Under the pieces are notes generated by a model. The model made no database searches, was not told the DNA's origin, and saw only the letters and a program-made list of their open reading frames with translations. DNA of 64,000 bases, taken from NCBI RefSeq assembly GCF_006345805.1, contig NC_042998.1:176390001-176454000 (forward strand), given 5' to 3'. Made by a program: the position numbers and the translations under genes. The DNA is from Octopus sinensis. Lineage: Eukaryota. This document shows, one piece after another, positions 55,004 to 64,000 of this stretch (its first letter is position 1; every line of letters starts with the position of its first letter).

Positions 55004-56287
55004 TGTATGTATGTATGTATGTATGTATGTATGTATAAATGTATGTATGTATGTATTTGTGCATGTATGTCTCTTCTGTATGTAATCATTCAAATTCTTC
55101 CTCTGAGGAAGGAGCTGCTTTCTAACAAAGATGCAAACCAAAATCTTTGGACTGCAGATAACGAAAACAATGTCACATTTTAAGCCTGAGAAATGGCTTG
55201 TATAGTTTTACTGTTTTGCCTACAAATTACATTTGTAATGTGCGAATCAGTTGGCTGGTTTCTTTTTCAGAAAATCCAAGCTTATCCAGACAGACAGGCA
55301 TTTACTTACAACACCTAGTGCCCCAGTTATTATTGGGATAAATGTATATTTGTAATTCGGATATAGAACCTGGAAGTTTCGAAGCAGTCGTCCATAGTTA
55401 CCTATTTTTCTCTTTGATTTTCAAAGTGATATTCACATCAGCACGACAGCTGACCTCTCTGTATGTATGTATGTATGTATGTATGTATGTATGTATGTAT
55501 GTATGTATGTATGTATGTACGTACGTACGTACGTATGTATGTATGCATGCATATATGTATGTATGTATGCATGCATGTATGTATGCATGCATGCATGTAT
55601 GTATGTATGTATGTATGTATGTATGTATGCATGCATGTATGTATGCATGCATGCATGTATGTATGTATGTATGTATGTATATATGTATGTATGCATGCAT
55701 GTATGTATGTATGTATGTATGTATGTATGCATGTATGTATGTATGTATGTATGTATGTATGTATGTTTGTATGTATGTATGTATGTATGTATGTATGTAT
55801 GTACGTACGTATGTATGTATGCATGCATGCATGTATGTATGTATGCATGTATGAATGTATGTATGTATGCATGCCTGCATGCATGTAAGTATGTATGTAT
55901 GTATGTATGTATGTATGCATGCATGCATGCATGTATGTATGTATGTATGTATGTATGTATGTATGTATACATGCATGCATGTATGCATGCATGTATGTAT
56001 GTATGTATGTATGTATGCATGCATGCATGCATGTATGTATGTATGTATGTATGTTTGTATGTATGTATGTATACATGCATGCATGTAAGCATGCATGTAT
56101 GTATGTATGTATGTATATGTATGCATGCATGCATGCATGCATGTATGTATGTATGCATGATTACATGCATGCATGTATGTATGAATGTATGTATGCATGC
56201 ATGCATGTATGTATGTATGTAAGTATGTATGTATATATGTATGTATGTATGCATGCATGCATGCATGCATGTATGTATGTATGTATG

Positions 56288-56318
<31 letters not shown>

Positions 56319-56350
56319 ATATGTATGTATGTATGCTTGTATTTATGTAT
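54545..56350. repeat. Very long (TATG)n/(TGCA)n compound microsatellite tracts
   Basis: Directly visible. They produce the YVCM/HTYI pseudo-ORFs of up to 290 aa. Confidence 0.95.
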
Positions 56351-56732
56351 TTATGTACTTATGCTTGCATCTGTTTGTGGAGATGGAAGAAAAAAGAATA
56401 TAAAAGGGAAAAAATGGTAAAATAGCGAAAAAAATTAAAATAAATATACAATCCATAATATATATTCTGCATATTTTGTATGTGGGCTGAATTTAAATTT
56501 ATGACACATCACACACAAATGCACACGCACACATATACGCGTGCACGCACACGCACACACATACATACTCACACACACGCATGATTTGAATACAATAAAT
56601 AATGTATATAAGATATAATAAAATATATAAAATACATAAATACATATATACACTAAGCAATATAGATACAGTATATGCAATATGAAAAACACACACATAT
56701 GACACATGTAATACATACACACATGTATATAT

Positions 56733-56789
<57 letters not shown>

Positions 56790-56844
56790 ATGTATTTATA
56801 TATGTATGTATATATAGTGGTGTGCAAATCGTATATAATATACA

Positions 56845-56920
<76 letters not shown>

Positions 56921-56989
56921 TATGTTATTCTTTTACTGGTTTTAGCTGGGGCCATGCTGGAGCACCGCCTTTCTGTACTGATTTTAGTG

Positions 56990-57465
56990 AAGATGCGAGT
57001 TGTACGAAGCTGCTCTTCTTTATGCCTCCTGCCGCTATGTGGGCTCATCTGAGATTTCAGATAGAAATTTGTCAAGGTACTTTTTTGAATGTTTCCACAT
57101 CTACACCTCGTAAAACTCTGAGGTTGTTTGGCAGGAATGTTAAGCAGTTGTGGTCCCCTGAGATTCAAGCCATCGTAGTACTGTGTCCATACCGAGATGA
57201 ATAAGACGGTATCTTTTGTATAATGCAATGCAATCCAGTTCGGTGGTTGGTATAGCCTTTAATTCCAAAAGTTGGGAGGTAGCCCTTCCAGGATTTTACA
57301 TATCTATATCACTGCGTATCCTTTTCGCCTTTTCTCCAGGGAGTAGAGCTTCAGTTCTTGTAACTTCTCTCAGGAGCTCATCTGTTTCACCAACTCAATC
57401 TTCTTCGTGTAATGACTGAATTGCCTCAAGTTCCTCCACCATTTTGACGCTCTGCAGAGATGAGA
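56990..57465 (-). mobile_element. Older CR1-like LINE ORF2 3' fragment
   Basis: Reads EELEAIQ..YTKKI...EKLQELKLYSLEKRRKGYAVI.ICKILEGLPPNF...GPQLLNI, homologous to LKLYSLQRRRERYII at ~61500. Confidence 0.75.
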
Positions 57466-57473
57466 GCAGTTAT

Positions 57474-57509
<36 letters not shown>

Positions 57510-57634
57510 GTATACATATATATACATATATATATGAGAATTTGGTTTTGAAAATGCACCTGGATTTGAAAAACTTGCAATTGTTTTTAAATAGATTCAT
57601 TTACATACATACCATACTAGTTTCAACAATTTTT

Positions 57635-58020
57635 GGGGTATAACCGTATAGTAAGTAGCTTGCTAACCAGCCACATGGTTCCGGGTTCAGTCCCACTGCG
57701 TGGCATCTTGGGCAAATGTCTTCTGCTATAGCCCCGGGCCGACTAAAGCCTTGTGAGTGGATTTGGTAGACCGAAACTGAAAGAAACCTGTCGTATATAT
57801 ATATATATGTATGTGTTTGTTTGTGTGTCTGTGTTTGTCCCCCTATTATTGCTTGACAACCGATGCTGGTGTGTTTACGTCCCCGTCACTTAGCGGTTCG
57901 GCAAAAGAGACCGATAGAATAAGTACTGGGCTTACAAAGAATAAGTCCCGGGGTCGATTTTCTCGACTAAAGGCGGTGCTCCAGCATGGCCGCAGTCAAA
58001 TGACTGAAACAAGTAAAAGA
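57635..58020 (+). mobile_element. Family-D tRNA-derived SINE with an internal microsatellite
   Basis: GTAAGTAGCTTGCT...GGGTTCAGTCCCACTGCGTGGCATCTTGGGCAAATGTCTTCT... tail ATGACTGAAACAAGTAAAAGA. Confidence 0.88.
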
Positions 58021-58094
58021 GAGAGAGAGAGAGAATATAAAACCATGAGATTTTAACAATTTAAACTTGTGAAATAGAAAGCATGTCCAAATAA

Positions 58095-58524
58095 TTAAAT
58101 ATTCATAGGATTCAACGACAGGGGTAGATAATATCAAAAATGATCGGCGAAGAATATATAAAATGTAGATTACTAAAAATTCGGTCATACTGAGTTATTA
58201 TACAATACATTGACAAAAGAGAGAAATAAGAAGAGAGCAAAAAAAAAGAAGTTTTTGCTTTTACAGTTTTTGTCATCTTTTACATGTGATTCTTTTTCCC
58301 GCGTTGTATGCGACGAAGAAAAAATATCACACGCAATATGACAGAAACTATACAAAAAGACCCTTATTTTACTCTCTTCTTTTCTTTTCTTATTACTCTC
58401 TCTTGTCAACGTATTCTATAATGACTCAGTACGACTGACCTTTTAGTAATCCACGTTTCTTATATTCTTCACCGATCATTTGTGAAATTATCTACCCCTG
58501 TCATTGAATTTTGTGAACATTTAA
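58095..58524. mobile_element. MITE-like element with ~125-bp imperfect inverted arms, TTAA at both ends
   Basis: TTAAATATTCATAGGATTCAACGACAGGGGTAGATAAT...TTGACAAAAGAGA pairs with TCTCTTGTCAA...ATTATCTACCCCTGTCATTGAATTTTGTGAACATTTAA. Confidence 0.75.
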
Positions 58525-58527
58525 ACA

Positions 58528-59095
58528 TTTCTTTTATTTGTTTCAGTCACTTGACTGCGGCCATGCTGGAGCACTGCCTTTAGTCGAGCAAATTGGCGCC
58601 AGGACTTAGTCTTTGTAAGCCTAGTACTTATTCTCTCGGGTCTCTCTTGCCGAACCACTAAGTAAACACACCAGCATCGGATGTCAAGTGATGTTGGGGG
58701 TGACAAGCACAGACACACAAACACACACACACACACACACACACATACACACACACTCAAAAGACTTTGGCCGGCCGGAGGCTATAGCAGAAGACACTTG
58801 CCCAAGATGCCACGTCGAGCAAATTGGTGCCAGGACTTAGTCTTTGTAAGCCTAGTACTTATTCTCTCGGGTCTCTCTTGCCGAACCGCTAAGTGACGGG
58901 ACGTAAACACACCAGCATCGGTTGTCAAGTGATGTTGGGGGTGACAAACACAAACACACACACACACACTCAAAAGACTTTGGCCGGCCGGAGGCTATAG
59001 TAGAAGACACTTGCCCAAGGTGCCACGCAGTGGGACTGAACATGGAACCATGTGGTTGGTAAGCAAACTACTTACCACACGGCCACTCTTGCGTC
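58528..59095 (-). mobile_element. Family-D SINE with an internal ~220-bp tandem duplication
   Basis: Units ~58583-58813 and ~58814-59027 share the same internal deletion relative to 57635-58020. Confidence 0.88.
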
Positions 59096-59329
59096 AATTT
59101 AAGCATGTTTTCTACTTCGCAATTTTAAATTGTAAAAAAACCCATTGTTTTATATACGTTTATACCATTGATAAAGAAAAAATTGTTGAAACTAGTTTGG
59201 TATGTATGTAAATGAATTTATTTGCAAGTTTTTTCAAATTCAGGCGTATTTTCAAAAACAAATTCTATATTTTTTCCTATACACTCACAAACACACACGT
59301 CTATAAATGTGTAGCTTCTGGGATTATGG

Positions 59330-59683
59330 ATACCATCGACTTCACCACTTGACTTTATATTATCGACGCCAAATGGATGAATGGAAAAGTTGACCCTGGC
59401 GAGAATAGAACTCAGAACTAAAGATGTGGAGCAAATACCTATTTCTTTACTACCCACAAGGGGCTAAACATAGAGTGGACAAATAAGGACAGACAAAGGG
59501 ATTAAGTCGATTATATCGACCCCAGTGTACAACTGGTACTTATTTAATCGACCCCGAAAGGATGAAAGGCAAAGTCGACCTCGGCGGAATTTGAACTCAG
59601 AACGTAGTAGCAGAAATACCTCTAAGCATTTCGCCCGGCGTGCTAACGTTTCTGCCAGCTCGCCGCCATGTGGAACAAATACC
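59330..59683 (-). mobile_element. Young family-A SINE (59440-59667) nested in an older family-A SINE
   Basis: 16-bp TSD ATGTGGA(G/A)CAAATACC at 59424-59439 and 59668-59683. The diverged SINE body continues at 59330-59423. Confidence 0.85.
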
Positions 59684-60383
59684 ACAATAGCAATTTTCAG
59701 AGGCTCTAACTAGCTTCCTCGCTCGCTGCTGCATATGTCATGTAAACTAATAAAATATATCATTGTAAATAAATTTTAAACAAAGAAATGTATGTAGTCG
59801 AAATTTAGTTTGATATAGAAAGCAATAGCAATTAAACGCAAAAACATTACAATAATAAAGATATTGAAATGTTACTTTAGAAATTAGTCTTGATGTCTCG
59901 AATTGAGTCTGCTTAAAAATACTTTATATGTGCGTCTGTGTACATACACACTCATACATATACATGCATACACACATATATATGTGTGTGAGTATATATA
60001 TATACATATATGTATATCTGTGTGTGTGTTTGTGTGACATACATATATATATGTACATACATACATACATTCATACTTATTTACATACATATAACGTACT
60101 TTGAGCCAATTGCATTGGCAATTTTAGTTCGAAATATCAGGACTAATTAAATATTTCCAAAGTAACATTTTATTATATGGGTTATTGTTATTTTTTTAGT
60201 AATTTATTGTGTGTCTGCATTGCTATCGCCTTCTATATCATCTAGAATGATTTACTACATATTCCGCAATGCTGCAGGCAATCTTCAGCTGTCTTCTAAT
60301 GTAATTAGTAAATAAAGGAACTGCATATGTTATATAATGAAAAACATCTACTCATATATATATATAATATATATATTATATAT

Positions 60384-60441
<58 letters not shown>

Positions 60442-60656
60442 TATATTTACACACACACATATATATTATATATATATATAGATGTAATATATATACACAT
60501 ATCAATATGAACATAATGATCATAAAGAGCAGTATATATACGCACGTATGAATACATATATACACGTATATACTCTGTGTGTGTATGTGTGTGTGCTCAT
60601 GTAATAATACATACAGATATAAACCTATATATGCATATATATACATATATATATAT

Positions 60657-61969
60657 AACGCAGCTCCTGCATCACTTTGAGGACATTTTGAGAGCTTTGG
60701 GAGAGGGCTCCAACACCGATGTCATCTACCTTGATTTCAGTAAGGCCTTCGACAGGGTCGATCACAAGATCCTATTGAAAACCTATCCAACATTGGTGTC
60801 TCTGGAAAGTTACTGAAATGGATTGAGTGTTTCCTGATAGACAGATCTCAACATGTTGTAGTTGAAGGGGTAAAATCAAGCCCAGCCAAAGTCAGTAGTG
60901 GCGTTCCGCAAGGCACTGTGCTGGGCCCACTTCTTTTCATTCATCATTACTTAATGACATTAATGACATCATCAAGCACAGCAACATAAAAATCTTTGCA
61001 GATGACTCCAAGCTACAGAAGTCATAAATGAGGCGAGGGACCGGACATGCCTTCAGTCAGATCTACTGGCTGTTATCCAATGGGCAGAAAAAAACACATA
61101 TATGCTGCTGAACGAGGATAAATTTGAGCTAATCCACTTTGGAAAAGAGGATGCCCTGAACTCCCATACTCCCTTCCTTCAGGTGAAACTCTCGCGGCGT
61201 CCAACAACATCAGAGACTTGGGAGTATTGTGGACAACAACGTAAGCTGGGCCACTCATATAAACACCAAAGTTGACATGGCCCGCAGAATGTGTTCCTGG
61301 ATCTCAGAACTTTCCAGTCGAGAGATATCCACACCATTATCCTTCTCTTCTCCACTTTTGCCCGACCCCACCTTGAATACTGTTGTCCACTGTGGTCTCC
61401 CCACACACATACAAGGTATCATAAAAGTTGAAGGCACCTCAAAGGGCAATCACAAAAAAGATAGATGGCATGACAGCCTCGACTATTGGGGTCGGCTAAA
61501 AAGCTAAAACTCTATTCTCTCCAACGTCGTCGTGAGCGCTACATCATCTGCATGATGTGGAAAATATTCATCAGCATTGCCCAAATGATGTTGGCATCAC
61601 CTTTAAGGTACATCCAAGGCTTGGGCCCCGTGCCATCCGCCCAAAACAAAATCGCACTCTCATCTCATAACAACAATACGGCACAATTATTTCACCTCAA
61701 TTGGCCCCGCTCTCTTTAACATTACAACCAAAACTCATTAAAACAGAAACTGACCCTATAGGGTTCAAGAAGTCTTTGGACAGATTCCTTCAAGAAATCC
61801 CGGATAAACCCCCTACACCTGGATATGTCTCTGTAAACAATAACTCTCTACTTGAGTGGGCCATAGTGCCCAAATTCTGACTTGAAAGACTTCACCAGGT
61901 GGTGCTATTAAGTTAGACATGGCCTGGGCCAATAATGGCCGAAACCTATCAAAGTATCAAAGTATCAAA

Positions 61970-61972
<3 letters not shown>
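60657..61972 (+). mobile_element. 5'-truncated CR1-group LINE (RT and 3' end), frameshifted, within (TA)n
   Basis: Motifs DVIYLDFSKAFDRVDH, SGVPQGTVLGPLLF, KIFADDSKL, RDLGV.VD, LKLYSLQRRRERY and [16 protein letters not shown]. 3' tail (TATCAAAG)3 runs into (TA)n; the 5' junction is also in (TA)n. Confidence 0.93.
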
Positions 61973-62057
<85 letters not shown>

Positions 62058-62058
62058 A

Positions 62059-62098
<40 letters not shown>

Positions 62099-62554
62099 CA
62101 CTGGATCATACAAAGTAAAATTTTTGGATATAGATGTTTTGAAAAGAGCAAACAATTATAAATGTCATGAAAAATCTTTCTGGGAATTTAAACATAATTA
62201 TGTTGGTGTCAGAAATTTCTGATGACAAGATCTATTAGTTGATATTTGTAAGATATTTATATCAAATATTTAGAAAATGTTTTTTAAGAGTTTTTATTTT
62301 CGTTGGTGATCGATATTTATAGATTCAGGTATTATCCCATCTGTAAGTAGAAGTGTTTCCAAAAGGAACGATTTTCATGTCGACACTTAGAGAAAATTTC
62401 ATTCTGTTTATTTAATGACAGGTAGTCTTTTGTTAGGATTTTAGATTTTTTCTGTTAAGAAGGTTTTAAATTTGCTTACACCTGTTGATATATGGAGTCA
62501 CCTTATCAATTACTGACCTGTTTATCATGATGATTCTTTTGTTTTCATTTTTCA

Positions 62555-63350
62555 GATGAATTCTATCAAATACTGTATTTCTATATTCGGATGCCAGAAT
62601 ATAAATATGTGTTGCGTATATCGGTTTTTCAAATAATTAGCTATAAGCTCTATATAATTACTATCTACGTAATAAGGTGAAACCACCTTGACTCGATATA
62701 CCTCTGACTTATCAAGAAACTTTCTATCGGTAGAGAAAGAAATATTGCTATCACAGTTACTCACAAATCGAGGCTCAGACCCATTTTTAACACTGTGGAC
62801 ACCACCAGATTAAATGATGCTGCGCAGGTGTCGAAACTATAGTGATATCCGTTTGGGTAGCTGAGGATAAGAAAGTACATATGTTGTACTCGATTGTGAA
62901 TTTCTTATACCTTATTCTGGTTACTCTTGATTGCTCTTCATTCTTGCAAAGCTGAAAGTGTTTGTGGATTGACAGTTTATGGGGATCACTTACTTTGGTA
63001 TTGCTTGGTTTTCTTCGTAAATAGCCGAATTAGGTTTGGACAATGTATATATATTGGTGTCTAGATTTTAGAGTTTCTGTAGCATAGAATTTATTCTATT
63101 AATATTTTATATTTAAATAGAAAATTAGAAGAGGTAATCATACTCCACATTTTGCTACTCATATGAAGTACATATAAATATGTATTTCAACAATTTCTAT
63201 CAAATGCGCTCTCTTTCTTCAGCATAAAAAATCCCAGGTGACAATAACTTATATGGCAGATTGTTGCACAAGTTCTAGCTGTTTTGATAAAGGAAATCGG
63301 AAAGGTCTGAAATGATTTCATTGGCATTTACTTGTACCAATGAGCACTCT
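62555..63350 (-). mobile_element. Highly degenerate Penelope-like element (GIY-YIG endonuclease region)
   Basis: ORF 62552-62764 reads EVYRVKV...SNYIELIANYLKNRYTQH..IF.HP, fitting the PLE pattern VY.A.V...YIG.T...FK.RY..H..SF. The upstream boundary is uncertain. Confidence 0.55.
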
Positions 63351-63724
63351 TTTGATAGACAACACGTTGATCTCATAAGTGTCGCGTGGTCGAAATAAAC
63401 ATAATTACCAAACTTTCAATTCATTATTTCGTTCTTTTTTTTGCATTTCAATTTGTACATTTGTACTCCCGACTGCGTATGTAATCATTTTTTAATTATT
63501 ATCAACTGATAACAAAATAAGTAGTATATTGAAAAATAAAAATATTTTCTGGTGGGTGGGAGCATTTGTAACTTCAAAGGTCAAAACGAAGCCTTTGGGC
63601 AAAATGGCTTGAGAACCTTTACTCTACAAGTTGCTTACTAGTGCTTTTAAGACGATGTGTGTGTAGTAGTAGATAGCTTATTTCTATTCAGAAGTTTGTT
63701 GTTGTATTGCAAAGATTATCTGTA

Positions 63725-63767
<43 letters not shown>

Positions 63768-64000
63768 ATATATGCGGCTGTTTGTATGTGCATCTATTTA
63801 CAAAGTGATCGATAAAGTTATGACTATAGAAATGCATATTAACATGGATAAATATTTATGGGTATATATGTATATTAGTATACATGTGCCTATGTAACCA
63901 TGGATCTGAAAGTATGTATATGCATAGAACTACCCTCCCATAGTCTTAAAGAGTCATAGTCTAAAAACGTCAACAGCGATTGTTGGTTGAATCTCAGTTT

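Noticed and set aside
55342-56425. Long ORFs (up to 290 aa) of YVCM/HTYI repeats, and similar ORFs across the window
   Set aside because: (TATG)n, (TA)n and (CA)n lack stop codons in most frames, so these are not genes.

Overview
AT-rich eukaryotic genomic DNA, saturated with microsatellites ((TA)n, (TATG)n, (CA)n, (TCTA)n, (GA)n, trinucleotides). The repeat content (tRNA-derived SINE families, Penelope-type hammerhead motifs) looks like an octopus or other coleoid cephalopod genome, which is an inference. Almost all ORFs in the supplied track are translations of microsatellites. The only host gene I can support is a + strand F-box/WD40 (FBXW-like) gene. Two clear coding exons (5316-5414 and 41380-41579) splice in frame across a ~36-kb intron that splits the F-box, and there are two candidate upstream microexons. 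The rest is intronic transposon debris: a dead mariner, three R4/Dong-like RLE-LINE fragments, CR1-like and RTE-like LINE pieces, a Penelope GIY-YIG remnant, non-autonomous Helitrons, hAT and mariner MITEs, and four SINE families, several with intact TSDs. The most interesting non-coding signals are: (i) at least 7 minimal hammerhead-ribozyme-like motifs, some with shared core variants and in fold-back arrangements; (ii) a ~1.45-kb nested inverted repeat that is a possible ADAR substrate; (iii) a young CR1-like LINE found twice in (TA)n-rich DNA; (iv) SINE-into-SINE insertion at a recurring site, and SINE head/tail shuffling. I found no clearly new protein-coding system.
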